Positions 1-15,549 of a stretch of DNA of 64,000 nucleotides are shown here, one piece after another. The position numbers were made by a program, and so were the translations under genes. The DNA is from Macrostomum lignano (taxonomy: Eukaryota): positions 62,001 through 126,000 of the forward strand of contig NIVC01001239.1 of assembly GCA_002269645.1 (NCBI GenBank), in the 5' to 3' direction. A model generated the notes under the pieces. The model saw only the letters and a program-made list of their open reading frames with translations, was not told where the DNA came from and did not search any database. The number at the start of each line of letters is the position of its first letter. The first letter of the stretch is position 1.

Positions 1-90
1 CTGATTTCGTATTCGACACTGTATTTGAATCTCAACTGCATCTACCTGTCTGCGGTTATCATACCGTGTACTGGCTGTCTCTTACAGTGC

Positions 91-91
91 C

Positions 92-133
<42 letters not shown>

Positions 134-135
134 CC

Positions 136-232
<97 letters not shown>

Positions 233-303
233 GCCTGTCTGTCTGTCTGTCTGTCTGTCTGTGTGTCTGTCTGTCTTAGTGTCTGTCTGTCTGTCTGTCT
301 GCC

Positions 304-368
<65 letters not shown>

Positions 369-371
369 GCC

Positions 372-432
<61 letters not shown>

Positions 433-433
433 T

Positions 434-480
<47 letters not shown>

Positions 481-499
481 GCCTGTCTGTCTGTCTTAG

Positions 500-564
<65 letters not shown>

Positions 565-590
565 GCCTGTCTGTCTGTCTGTCTGTCTCG

Positions 591-631
<41 letters not shown>

Positions 632-663
632 TAGTGTCTGTCTGTCTTGTGTCTGTCTGTCCT

Positions 664-728
<65 letters not shown>

Positions 729-748
729 ATGTCTGTCTGTCTGTCTCG

Positions 749-809
<61 letters not shown>

Positions 810-816
810 TTCTGTC
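91..816. repeat. (TGTC)n tetranucleotide microsatellite with CCTG and TCTTAGTGTC variant units
   Basis: Direct reading; source of the SVCL/TDRQ ORFs. Confidence 0.98.
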
Positions 817-1904
817 GGATCTGATTTTCCCTCCCCATCGATATGTCTGTCTATCGATGTGTCTGCCTGTCTGTCTGCCAATAGGTCTATAATTTCCCGC
901 CAGCAGCCTTCCCAAAGTGTCCCCAGCCAGGACAAGTGTGCATCTCAGTAATAGAATTTGCCTGTCTGAGGTTGGAGGGCGGCTCCAACAGGAGGGGGCG
1001 GCACCCCAGGAAGGAAGGAAAGTCAAGAACTCGTCGACGCCCTGCAAAGTGAAATTCCTTAATGAGCAGCCTGCGTCTCGGGGACTCTCTCCAGATCCGA
1101 GTGGATCTCGAATAAAAAAATCGATAAACAGACTGGACTGGAAAACAGAAGTGAATTGGGAAGGATTTCCTCTCACAAAGTGAGCTGATTTTCTAATGGT
1201 CAACAAAGTCCAAAAATGCCATGTTTAGCAGTGTTTTCGCGTTGAGAAATACCAGCAATTTTTGTAACAAAACTACTTATATAAAACAAAAAAGTAGTGC
1301 AAATAGCATCTTCATGGATTTTTTAGTCAAGTAGAAAATATGAGCAGACTTTAGATGACTTCACACCACCGTCTGGAAATCGATTTTATTTCATTTTAGC
1401 GTTTTTTCGAAAGTAAATTAAATGAAATTGAAGTTAGTTAATATTTAATCAGATGGTTTTCACAGACTCGATTCACTTAATGGCACACGGGTTTGCCCCG
1501 CGGGCTCAGTCAGTCTTCATTGCCGGTGAGTTCTAACTCAAAACCAAACTGAGACTGACATCCCCGATTCTCTGGGGATATTTCCCTCAAGAGTGCACAT
1601 GACGACTGGGATGCTGGGGCGCAGGCACGCTCCAGACGAGATAAGGGACATATGGATGTGTTAAGGGGATGAAATTTGTCGGCGAATAAAGTTACAGGAA
1701 ACGCGCCCAGGAAATATAAAACGCCCAGTCATCCTCAGCGTTCGCTATCTCCGTCTGAGTCTGCGCCATCGCTGCACTCTGCATTCTGCTGCCAGCTGGG
1801 TAGAGGAATTTTAGTAGATGGGGAGCGAGAAGGACTGCTTGGGGAGCATTGGGGATGACAAATCGCTGACTCAGATATGAGTGCTGCTGGGTGACTAACC
1901 AGGG

Positions 1905-3996
<2,092 letters not shown>

Positions 3997-4482
3997 TCAG
4001 TGCCAGTGCGTATCCGATAAACTGCGCCCAGCATCGAATAAAAAGCAGCTGAGCTGGCAAGAGCTGAGAGATCGCAGCGGCAGTGACACACACACAGAGA
4101 TTGGTGTAGTCAAGCCTCCGTTGCCCATTGCTCTGCGGAAAAAGATGGATGAAGACAGTAAAATCCCCACGCCCTAAGATCCTATCAGAACCAGTCTCAT
4201 TCTCCCAGCTCAAGGCTCACCCCCAAAAACTGGATAGCAACTCGCGCAAAATTCGAGCCAAAACAAGTCGTCTACGGAAAAAAGAGCAACTTCACCACCA
4301 ACTCGATTTCTCAACTGGAGACCGCATAGCAAATTGCATCGAATCTTGGGCTAATCTTCAGCAAGTGTCGGTCCAAAGGACGATGCAGGCGACCCAGGAG
4401 GAGGCGTCACCACCTCTGAGGCAGCTGGACAGATCGGTGGGTGACCCACTGGTGATGGGGCAAAGGTTTCGGATTTCTGTAG

Positions 4483-5718
4483 GTTTTAACTAGGTCTTTC
4501 TGCAGGTTCTAATTAGGTGTTTATTTAGGTCCTAATTAGGTGTTTCTGCAGGTTTTAATTAGGTGTTTCTGCAGGTTTTAATTAGGTGTTTCTGCAGGTT
4601 TTAATTAGGTGTTTCTGTAGGTTCTAATTAGGTGTTTCTGCAGGTTTTAATTAGGTGTTTCTGTAGGTTCTAATTAGGTGTTTCATTAGGTTCTAATTAG
4701 GTGTTTCTGCAGGTTTTAATTAGGTGTTTCTGTAGGTTCTAATTAGGTGTTTCATTAGGTTCTAATTAGGTGTTTCATGTAGGTTCTAATTAGGTTTTTC
4801 ATGTAGGTTCTAATTAGGTGTTTCTGCAGGTTCTAATTAGGTGTTTCTGCAGGTTCTAATTAGGTGTTTCTGCAGGTTCTAATTAGGTGTTTCATGTAGG
4901 TTCTAATTAGGTGTTTCATGTAGGTTCTAATTAGGTGTTTCTGCGGGTTCTAATTAGGTTTTTCATGTAGGTTCTAATTAGGTGTTTCTGCAGGTTCTAA
5001 TTAGGTTTTTCATGTAGGTTCTAATTAGGTGTTTCTGCAGGTTCTAATTAGGTGTTTCTGCAGGTTCTAATTAGGTATTTCTGCAGGTTCTAATTAGGTG
5101 TTTCATTAGGTTCTAATTAGGTGTTTCTGCAGGTTCTAATTAGGTGTTTCATGTAGGTTCTAATTAGGTGTTTCTGCAGGTTTTAATTAGGTGTTTCTGC
5201 AGGTTCTAATTAGGTATTTCTGCAGGTTCTAATTAGGTGTTTCATGTAGGTTTTAATTAGGTGTTTCTGCAGGTTTTAATTAGGTGTTTCTGCAGGTTCT
5301 AATTAGGTGTTTCTGCTGGTTCTAATTAGTTGTTTCATTAGGTTCTAATTAGGTGTTTCATTAGGTTCTAATTAGGTGTTTCATTAGGTTCTAATTAGGT
5401 GTTTCATTAGGTTCTAATTAGGTGTTTCATTAGGTTCTAATTAGGTGTTTCTATAGGTTCTAATTAGGTGTTTCATGTAGGTTCTAATTAGGTGTTTCAT
5501 GTAGGTTCTAATTAGGTGTTTCTGCAGGTTTTAATTAGGTGTTTCTGCAGGTTCTAATTAGGTGTTTCATGTGGGTTCTAATTAGGTATTTCTGCAGGTT
5601 CTAATTAGGTGTTTCATGTAGGTTCTAATTAGGTGTTTCTGCAGGTTTTAATTAGGTGTTTCTTGATTAGGTGGTTCTAACTAGGCGTTTTTGTGGGTTT
5701 TAACTAGGCGTTTCTGTG
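4483..5718. repeat. About 24-bp minisatellite (TTCTAATTAGGTGTTTCTGCAGGT)
   Basis: Dozens of head-to-tail 22-24 bp units with CTGC/CATGT/CATT variants. Confidence 0.95.
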
Positions 5719-6584
5719 AAATGATCTATTTTAGATAAATATTTAAACACTCATGCTATCTTGATGCCCTCAAGTCACGACAACCGCTTGAATTTCATAT
5801 GCTTCATTTATATAGAAAACTTGCCACACAATTTTATCTTCGAGCTCCAGAAATGTAATCTGTCTTTTAATGTAAAAAACACTTTGGTAAAACCCCGACA
5901 TCAGGTTGAACAAAACAAAAAATGTTACCCTGGCCACATTTTCACGCAATTTGGATTGTTACATCTTCTGAATCCGCTCTCCAACTGGCCCAAACAGAAC
6001 CATGCTGGCTAGATATGCGCTGAAAGGCAGAAGAAAGCCGAGAGGTGAGGGAAGAAATCAGCAACTGACCCATCCCCCTCCGCGGGTTAGGAAAGTCCAA
6101 ACGTACCGCATCGGAAAGAGGAAGACAAAAGCAATGCGGTATGCAACCAGGCCCAGACCCAATTCCTTCCAAAATGTTCATTCAGTCATGTAGAAAATGG
6201 GAGAAGAGGGAGGGGAGTGAGAGAGAGAGAGAGAGTGAACGGGTGAAAGCTTTAAAGAATTCACCACCACAACTCGTGTACCGCATGGGTTTCTGGCCAT
6301 CATCATTTATGATGCACTAAGGAATCCAATATATTTGGTTTTAGTTCCTATCTTAAATTAGATTCCTATCTTAAAAGGTATTATGGTATTGTGAACAGGT
6401 GTTAACAATTCATAAATACGGACAGATAAATAACTGTAAATATTGAAACCAGCTGACTTATGGATAGTCTTGGCAGCGCCTTCTCACTTGATGTAAGTCT
6501 TTATATTTCTTTCCTGAGGCTAATAATCTTCACTAATCCAAACTCCTGGCTGGATCGATGTTCATCAGTGTCAGATCCTGAGAC

Positions 6585-7070
6585 TCTAACACCCTTAGAA
6601 TGTGTCACCCTTAGACTGTCACACCCTTAAAATGTTAAAACTCTTAGAATATCACAACCTCTGAAGGTCACACCATTTGAATGTTACATTCTTCGAATGT
6701 CACACCATTAGAATGTCCCGCCATTAGAATGTCACGCCTTTGGAATTTCACTCTCTCAGAATGTCACATCCTTTGAATGTTACATCCTTAGAATGTCACA
6801 CCATTAGAATGTCACACCCTTGGAATGTTACGCCCTTGAAATGTCACCCCCTTTGCAATGTCACCCCCTTTGGAATGTCACCCCCTTTGGAATGTCACAC
6901 CCTTAGAATGTCGCACTCTTAGAATGTCACACCCTCAGAAGTTCACACCCTTTGAAGTTCACACCGTTATAAAGTCACAACCTTAGAATTTTAAATCTTT
7001 AGAACGTCACACCTTAAAAATGTCAAACTTTTGAAATGTCAAACCCTTGGAATGTCACACCCTCATGACA
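6585..7070. repeat. Degenerate about 20-bp minisatellite (CTTAGAATGTCACACC)
   Basis: Recurrent GAATGTCACACC core. Confidence 0.85.
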
Positions 7071-7532
7071 AAATTACAAAATGAAGAGTTTTTTCTATAT
7101 GGAGTGTTACTATATATTCACCATAATTAATATGCTAATGATAGAAAATGATGGAGCTGATGCGGTATCAGGTTTCATCGATCACTGGACTTGAGCTTCA
7201 AGTTTCAAGCGTTAGCCAACCCCCCCCCCACCCCGTTTCCTTGATCTGTCACACAATTTGTGAAAGCCATGCGCGCTTGTGACTTGAGCCTCATCTAATG
7301 TAAACTCTGGTAGGGACTCAATGAAAAATGTACTTTTATGATTAATATGTCGATTTTTATGTACTAAAAAATACTTGATAAAATATTTTTAGGAAATTAT
7401 TCAACTAAGATGCCAGAGCGATTTTAATTTCACCGACTTAAAAGTGATCAGAAGGTGCTCAGCATATAGCAACTATTCGAGGCAAGATTGTTAAATCATT
7501 GCCCCCCCCCCCGCTTCTTCCGTTCATTCCAG

Positions 7533-7634
7533 TCGGACCCAAGTCAGAATTTTCTGCGCGTTGCCAGGGCCGGAAATCTGGAGAAGGTCTTGGACTACCT
7601 GGAGTGCGGAACCAGAATCGATACCAGCAATGCT
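7533..7634 (+). CDS. ank: Ankyrin exon, ANK repeat 1 (SDPSQNFLRVARAGNLEKVLDYLECGTRIDTSNA), phase 0-0
   Basis: ttccag| acceptor and |gtgagt donor. Matches the canonical ankyrin N-terminal repeat (SFLRAARAGN) and joins in frame to [14 protein letters not shown]. The upstream start exon was not identified. Confidence 0.93.
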
Positions 7635-7729
7635 GTGAGTGTTTTTGCTCTCGGCTTGAAAGTGCTTATCGTTTTTTTCACAGGTGTCTACAGAGCGCAT
7701 AGTAATAAGTACACATGCTTAAAATCGCT

Positions 7730-8050
7730 AAAAGTTCACACCCTTGGAATGTCATGTCCTTAGAAAGTCACACCCTTAGAATGTCACACCATTATAATGT
7801 CACACCCTTAGGACTGTCACAGTCTTAGATTGATACACCCTTAGAACGTCACCCCCTTAAAATTTGACACCAGCAGAAGGTCATACCTTTACAATGTCCC
7901 GCCGTTAGAATGTCACACCATTTGAATGTCACACTTTTAGAATGTCACACCGTTAGAATGTCACAACATTAGAATATCACACCATTAGAATGTTACACCA
8001 TTAGAATGTCACATCTTTTGAATGTCAAACTCTTCAACTTTCACACCCTT
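7730..8050. repeat. Second block of the GAATGTCACACC minisatellite
   Basis: Same unit and orientation as 6585-7070. Confidence 0.85.
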
Positions 8051-9283
8051 GCACTAATTTTCTGTCATAAGCACTAATTGGCATTTATCACGATAAATAT
8101 TCTCTGCATGCCTTGAGTTGAGCCGAAATACCTGCAATAAGGTTGTAGTTACTATAAGCTACGCTCGTATTTTAGAAAAGTACATTATCCATCTATAGTT
8201 GGTATTTTTTCGTTAGCCAATAGTTCAGTACAGAGAAAGCATAGTCTGCTTCAATATACTTTTCTGTCTGGCTTATCGTGATCTTATGGTATATTCACCG
8301 CGTCGTACTGTACAATGAAAAGATGGAAATTTTATGATTAATCACCAACAGGATTCACGGGGTAATGAAACGGATTAGTCAGAACAGTACAATTTACTTG
8401 TAAACTATGGATACGGTAAATGTTAGATGCCATTAAGCATTTATCAATTTTCTTCAATTATTGAACAAGAATATTGACTTTTACTACTACATAGTGGAAT
8501 GTAGGGAATTAAGCCATTGTTGAGTAGGGAATTACACAATTGCTGTGTAGGGAATTACATGTACACCATTGCTGAGAAGGGAATTACTCCCTCAACGAAG
8601 GAGAATTTGGTGGATAGCTGAAGAGTTTAGTAGGACTTCTCCTTAGTTGTAGAACTTTAAACAAGTTTTCCAAATTTTCTCAAGTAACTTCTTATCAAAC
8701 TACTTAGCAAGAGTAGTAAGTAAAGCTCTGTGTCGCCCTAATATGAGCTATCATGGCTGTCTATCTCTCTCTCTCTCTCTCTCTTACGCCCACTTTGCGA
8801 AACGCAGTTGTCAGACCGTAGAAAAATCGATAGAATCCTCACGATAAGCGTCCTTACTGACGATAGCAGGTTGGCATTTATTATTCGAAGCCAGTATAGT
8901 ACACGAAAGGTTGTGTGCCTATGCTTGCTGCACTTTGCCGTGATTCGCGATATACTCGCCTAAAACTGTTTGCAGGTAGGCAGATATGCGGCAAAATCTA
9001 TTGGGGACTGTTTACTGCCAAACCTAACCCTAGCGAGATAGCTGCCATCGCACAGATGGCGCACCTTTCCAATACAGCCAACGGCAACGAACTACTTTCG
9101 CTCCTTACCTCCACCCCCACCCCCCCCCCAACTCCACAACCCGAAGGTCAAAGCTTGGCATCGCGTAGGCGAGGGGGGGGTAGGGATCGAAGACTGACGC
9201 TGGGAAATGCGGATTATTTTAGTATCTATAGGTGGACGGACGCCTCCCCAGTTGGCTGGTAAGGAAAAGCACAATACGCATCC

Positions 9284-9326
<43 letters not shown>

Positions 9327-9810
9327 TGAAAACAAAATTGAACGTCGGTTGCTGCTAGGAATTAGCTGGCCAACCACTGCGAACTGGGGAAATTTTTCCT
9401 TAGACTACCTTTGCCCACCCTAGCCCGAGAGGAGAGTGAAAAGGCCTGTTTGCCAGTCTCTGACGCAGTAGAAGGAGAAAAGTTCTTCGACTTTCTTCTT
9501 CTTCTACTTTGCGTTAGCTCTCTCCATCATTATCTGTCTTTCTTTCGCCTTCTTCTTCTGTTCGGCAAAAATTCGGAGAGACAAGCGTGCGAATTACAAA
9601 GAGATAAAGAGAGCCGCGTGCAACCAGTTATTAGAAGAGAAGAGAGTTACTTTTTCACCTTCGCAGCACCCGGCCGAATCATTTTGTGCTGTTCGAATTG
9701 GCTCAATTATACACTACCGCCAGAATTTCTGCCGATTTTCGTTTAGTTGGGGGTGCTTCTCAGTAGCTAATAAACTGGTTATTTTGTAGCCCGAAAGGCA
9801 GAACTAAATC

Positions 9811-9921
9811 ATGAGCTCGTCAGCGGCTGGGACCGCCAAACTTTTTTCCAAATCTTTGAAAAGACATCGGCACGCGGTACCGCCGGATATTGAACGGTAT
9901 TTGAATTTCTACGACGAAAAG
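9811..9921 (+). CDS. ank: Putative alternative first coding exon of ankyrin (MSSSAAGTAKLFSKSLKRHRHAVPPDIERYLNFYDEK)
   Basis: aaatcATG, 37 open codons, AAG|GTAGGG donor in phase 0, compatible with the 10189 acceptor. In-frame TAA at 9805-9807. Confidence 0.6.
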
Positions 9922-10188
9922 GTAGGGGGATTCGTAATAATAGCTAGTTTTCTTCGGTTCTTCATCTAGCCATTGATACTCATCTATGTTGATTGAGCAC
10001 TTGACAATCTGAGCAATTTCCCATTGAGTACTTCGCAATCCGAGAAATTTCTCCTGAGTGGTAAAGCTACCGCTAGTCTCGCTGAGCTACGCTTTTACCT
10101 CATCTGAGTTACTTGTCGCAGTCTCTTTTGAGTACAGATTAATATAGAAATTATTTTGATAGTTTATCACTATTTAAAACCCGCACAG

Positions 10189-10665
10189 AATGGACTCAAC
10201 GCTCTGCACCTGGCCAGCAAGGAGGGCCACACGGCGGTGGTACAGGAGCTATTATCCAGAGGCGCAGACCCGGACGCTCGCACCAAGAAAGGCAACAGCG
10301 CATTGCACATCGCATCGCTTGCAGGCCAGCTCGAAGTTGTGAAATTGCTGATCGAACGGGGCGCCAAAGTGAACTGCCAGTCGCAGGCGGGCTTCTCACC
10401 GCTCTACATGGCCGCTCAGGAGAATCATCTGGAAGTTGTTCGACACCTGATAGCGTCGGGTGCGTCGCAGAGTCTGGCTACAACCGACGGATTCACTCCG
10501 TTAGCGGTGGCGCTTCAACAGGGACACGACAAAGTGGTCGCGGTGCTCCTGGAGACGGACACTCGCTGCCGGTCGCGGATGCCGGCGCTGCACGTGGCCG
10601 CGAAGAAGGACGACGTACGCAGTGCAGGATTGCTGCTCACATCCGACTGCGATCCCAATCATCAG
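10189..10665 (+). CDS. ank: Ankyrin exon, ANK repeats 2-6, phase 0-0
   Basis: gcacag|AAT...CAG|gtgagt; [41 protein letters not shown] are canonical ankyrin repeats. Confidence 0.97.
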
Positions 10666-11128
10666 GTGAGTGGTGCTGACAACAATGCAAGTCAAAGGCT
10701 ACTAAGGGTACAACTAATTTTCCATATTTTATTGTCGAATCTTATCGAATATTATCGCTTTGGGGCACTTTGGGATGATCATCCTAATTGCGCCGTCGGA
10801 AAGGAGCACCATCATGGGGGCTCCAGCAGCGGTAGGCCCAATTAGTTGCGGAATTACCTAAATATTGAAAACGGAGACGCCAAATCAACGGGAAAGGTAC
10901 TTTTGCGAGCCTATTAGGGCAAAGCATCCTTGCTCATTGGCTATGCACCTGAAACATTCTTTGTCAACTATAATTGTAATTGATAGTATGTTCGTGAATT
11001 TTATCATATATTGTTTCGTCTGGGGCTTCAACGTGAATGTTAAAAGTTTATCTAGCTATTTGAAAATCGTATTCTTGTTAGCTGAGACGAAAATTCCGAC
11101 AACACTACGCTCGTGTATTTCCTACCAG

Positions 11129-12004
11129 GCCGGCAGCGGCTTCACGGCGTTGCACATTGCCGCCCACTACGGCAGCGCAGGTGTAGCCAGCCTGCTGCTG
11201 GACCGCGGCGCCGACCCGAGCTTCCCGGCGCGTAACGGCATCGCTCCGCTGCACGTGGCCGCCAAATGGGGCATGCTGTCCGTGGCGCAGAAGCTCATTG
11301 AACGCGGCGCCGCGGTCGACGCTCGAACGCGCGACGGATTGACAGCCGTTCACTGCGCCGCCAGATCTGGACAGACGGCCGTATTGAAACTGCTTCTCGA
11401 GTTGAACGCTGGTATTGATCTGCGCTCGAGGAGCGGCCTGAGCCCGTTGCACATGGCCGTGCAAGGTGACCACACAGACTGTGCCAGACTGCTGCTAGCT
11501 CGTGGCGCCAACAGCGAGGACGTCACCGTGGATCAGCTGACACCGTTGCACATTGCGGCCCACTGCGGCTACGTCAGCTCAACGCAGCTACTACTAGACA
11601 GCGGATGTAGAGCGAGCGCACGAGCGTTAAATGGCTTCACCGCGCTGCACATCGCCTGCAAGAAGGGCCGGGTGCGCATTGTTGAGCTGTTGCTCAACTA
11701 CGGAGCCGAACCGGACGCAGCCACGGATGTCACGGGTCTGACACCGTTGCACGTGGCCGCGTTCTTAGGACAGACAGCTTGCGCCGCACTACTCGTCGAC
11801 AGGGGCAGGGGGAATGCGTCCGCGGTGACAGCCAAGGGGGAGACTCCGCTGCACATGGCTATGCGAGGCGGGCATACCGAGACAGCAAGGCTCCTGCTCG
11901 AACAGACGAAGGTGAACGCGGACGCCGCTGCAACAGACGGACAGACGTCGCTTCATGTGGCGTGTCGGACTGGCAACGCTGAAGCTGTGGAACTTCTGCT
12001 CAAG
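11129..12004 (+). CDS. ank: Ankyrin exon, ANK repeats 7-15, phase 0-0
   Basis: taccag|GCC...AAG|gtgagg; GFTALHIAAHYG, NGFTALHIACKKGR, TGLTPLHVAAFLG. Confidence 0.97.
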
Positions 12005-12552
12005 GTGAGGCTTTGCTACCTCGTAGTTTCGCAATATATGTGACATGTAGCTGTTTAATAAATTTTAAGGTCCGAAAATATACCGTCTTAGCAACCGCAC
12101 AAGAAAAAGTTATAATGCGATTTTGAATTAATTCTCGTTGAAAATTTAATCCGAACAAGCAAGATTCAAGCCATCCACCATACATAAGCGTCATTTGGTA
12201 CACAAAGAACTGTTTCTACGTATTCTAAGAAAAGGATTGCTTAGAACACGCTACCGAACCGCTAGTAAAATGACACGGGTACATTTCTACAATAACGCTA
12301 ACAATGTCATTGATGGACGACAAGGAAGTCGACGAATTGTCGAGTAAGCGTTTGTCATTGCCGGTAGGATGCCTGGAGCGTTAGAGCAGAAGCTCCACCT
12401 GCACCGTCTGTGGGCAGTGTGACCTCGGCGCGGATGATGTGACCTGACTGCACGAGTCGCTTCGCAAATCTTGAAAATCGAATCACAGGAAGCCGGTTAA
12501 ACTGGTGTTGGAACCGCATGACTTTCGTCTTCATAAATCCTCACACCCACAG

Positions 12553-13155
12553 GCGGGAGCGAATCCCGACGCGGCCTGTCGCGACGGCTACACCGGTTTG
12601 CACTTTGCCGCCCGCGAAGGGCATGACGCCGTGGTTCGAATCCTGTTGAACTCGCAGCAGCAGGAGTGGCCGTCCGCTCGGCTGCAGCCGGTGACTCGAA
12701 AGGGCGCGACGCCGCTTCACCTGGCGGCTCGAAGCGATCAAGCGGTTGTTACCCGGCAGCTCGTGGAGGCCGGAGCCGATCCGAACTGCGTCGGCGGTCG
12801 CGGCGTGACGCCGCTGCACCTGGCCGCCAACGGCAACCGTCTTCAAGCGCTGCAGGCTCTGCTCTCAGCTGGAGCCAACCCGAATTGCTTCAGCAGCAGC
12901 AGCAGCACCGCCACCACCAGCGTCAGCGGCAACAGCGACATCGGAGTTGAAGGCGGCTGGACACCTCTGCACGCGGCCGCACGTCGAGGTCATGCAGACG
13001 CCGTGGCGTCCCTACTGAAGGCTGGAGCCAAGCCGCAGTGCACTGGAGGCTCTAGCGGTCAGACACCGTTGCACCTGGCCGCCAGGGAGGGCCACATTGA
13101 AGTTGTTCGGCTGCTGCTGGATCAGCCAGGTGTTACAGCTGACTGTCGGAATGCG
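12553..13155 (+). CDS. ank: Ankyrin exon, ANK repeats 15-20, with a Ser/Thr-rich loop insertion, phase 0-0
   Basis: ccacag|GCG...GCG|gtgagc; repeated TPLHLAA motifs. Confidence 0.96.
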
Positions 13156-13284
13156 GTGAGCTGTTTTGCAGCGTTTTGGCGATTCTTTAGAGCACCGAAT
13201 ATAGTGATCGAAGGATCCAATTAGAAATTAGTTCGTAGAATGAGTCTAAATTGGTGAATTTTTCTTTTCCCGTAGGGATACTCA

Positions 13285-13630
13285 AGTACATCTTCTGACA
13301 GTCAAGCATCTCTTCTGACACTCAAGTACATCTTTTGACACTCAAGTACATCTTTTGACACTCAAGTACATCTTCTGACACTCAAGTACCTCTTCTGACA
13401 CTCAAGTACCTCTTCTGACACTCAAGTACATCTTCTGACACTCAAGTACCTCTTCTGACACTGAAGTACATTTTCTGACACTCAATTGCATCTCCTGACA
13501 CTTAAGTAAATCTTCTGACGCTCAAGAATCTATTTTGACACTCAAGTACATCAATTCTTACACTCAAGCACAGTATTCTGACACCCAAGGATGTCCTCTG
13601 ACACCTAAGTACCACTCCTAACACTCAAGT
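13285..13630. repeat. 20-bp minisatellite (CTCAAGTACATCTTCTGACA)
   Basis: Tandem units decaying towards the 3' end. Confidence 0.92.
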
Positions 13631-14056
13631 AATTATTTTGGCACCGAACAGAATCTTTAGGGACCACCTAAGTACTCGTAGTTTTTTCCTGACCAAACGC
13701 ACCTGAAATTTCGGTAGGCGTGTTAGCACAAGGGCGTTGATTTTACTCAGTTGATTTTCAAGGCTTCTGAAAGCAGGTTGACGACGGGGTAATATAGCTT
13801 TACTAAAAAAATCAAGCAAGTTAAAACCAGCTTCCTAAAAAAATGGGATTTAAAATGGTAATCAGGCAATTTGTTATACTTAACTACTCAAGATTTTTAC
13901 GGGCAGAAAATAAAAGAGATTTTCCAGGAAATCTCAAAAAACTTATTTTTTATTTGATCGAATTCGTTGAGTCAATTAATTCTGTAAATAGTGAATTTCT
14001 GCCGGTTACATTCATCATTACTATTTCTAAAATTAATAATCTATTACAATTTCCAG

Positions 14057-14240
14057 GAAAACCTGACACCGGCACACTTAGCAAATCAGACCAATCAAGT
14101 TGAGATATTTGAGCTGCTAAAGCCGCTCACAACCTCTTCAGCGTGGCAAGCCGAAGTCAAAGACGACGCTGACAGGGCTCCAGAATCCGCCATATCGGAG
14201 GATTTAGCCACCGTGATTTCCGAGTCAGACGATGAAACAG
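14057..14240 (+). CDS. ank: Ankyrin exon, last ANK repeat plus start of linker (ENLTPAHLA...ISESDDETG), phase 0-1
   Basis: ttccag|GAA...ACAG|gtaaat; SDDE motif typical of the ankyrin post-repeat linker. Confidence 0.92.
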
Positions 14241-15020
14241 GTAAATAAAATAGAATAAAACCTGAATTTGTCTACTGTAAGTAGAAGAATTTGGGCATTA
14301 AATAAATTTTCTTAGGATAATGAGCCGTACTAATTGGAGATCGATGGGACTTTCTAGTCTAGACAAAAATCTGATTGCGTCGCCCTTTCAAGACTCTCTA
14401 GTTGGTAACCGGAACCCTTTAAAGATTTGCGACTTGCGAACTGCTGAGTGTATCGTTTCCAAATGATCATTAAATCCTCTTTCACGCCTTTTGTCACTCA
14501 CGCGCTGCACTTTGCGGCTTGCCAATAATACGAAAGATGGCGAAAAAACGGCTAAAGAGAAAAATATGGGACTTGGCCGTGCTAGTTTTGTCTAGTTGCA
14601 CTTTTGCAGTACGTTTGCTTTCGGTTCTTAGTGGGTCTGCATGCAGCAGTCGCTAGGGTGGGTCGGGAGGCTCTCTGGCGTTTTGAAAGGAAAAAAATTT
14701 GCGATCAAGAAGGAAGTGCAACTTTTTTTGCTGCACCAAAGGCGGAATAGGGCAGACCCGACGCTATGAAGAAGGCTATTGTGTCTCGCCTTACAATGAA
14801 TGATGGGCTTAGTTATAATAGATAAAGCTGACTATTCAGATCATTCAGTCTCCAAATCAATGCGTGAAGTGTCGTATTGCCCTCGTGACTAGCTAGGAGA
14901 ATACTACTTTTATAAACTCAGGCCATGATTATTAGTAATTTTGCTTATTATATTATAACAATATAATAATAGGTGCTTGGCTTAACTTGTTTACCATTCT
15001 GGGATATAGATTCCAATAAT

Positions 15021-15290
15021 TCTCCCTTCACCCGCCTCTCCCTTCACCCGCTTCTCCCTTCACCCGCCTCTCCCTTCACCCGCCTCTCCCTTCACCCGCC
15101 TCTCCCTTCACCCGCCTCTCCTTCACCCGCCTCTCCCTTCACCCGCCTCTCCCTTCACCCGCCTCTCCTTTCACCCGCTTCTCCCTTCACCCGCCTCTCC
15201 CTTCACCCGCCTCTCCCTTCACTCGCCTCTCCATTCACCCGCCTCTCCCTTCACCCGCCTCTCCCTTCACCCGCCTCTCCCTTCACCCCG
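15021..15290. repeat. 16-bp minisatellite (CCCTTCACCCGCCTCT)
   Basis: Direct reading. Confidence 0.95.
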
Positions 15291-15380
15291 CTTTCATCTT
15301 CACCACCATATCTACCTGCCCCACAACTCTGTCTAAAACCTTAGTCTCATCCGAAAACTGCCTTTAACCCCTCACCGCAG

Positions 15381-15458
15381 CGCACATGACGGAGGCGACA
15401 TTCACGCAGTTGCCAGCCTCGCCAATATTCTCGCGACCAGACTCTGGAGTTGTAGCCG
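15381..15458 (+). CDS. ank: Ankyrin linker exon (AHMTEATFTQLPASPIFSRPDSGVVA), 78 nt, phase 1-1
   Basis: ccgcag| acceptor, G|gtaagc donor, open in the required phase. Confidence 0.7.
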
Positions 15459-15549
15459 GTAAGCTTCGTTCACGATGATGATTCAAGTAAATTATACATA
15501 AAATTCTGACCATAAAATCCTAAATGTCTCAACATTTTCTAATTTAAAG

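Noticed and set aside
4362-4436. Candidate upstream ankyrin exon (MQATQEEASPPLRQLDRS, TCG|GTGGGT, phase 0)
   Set aside because: Phase-compatible with 7533 but no homology or other support; left unresolved.
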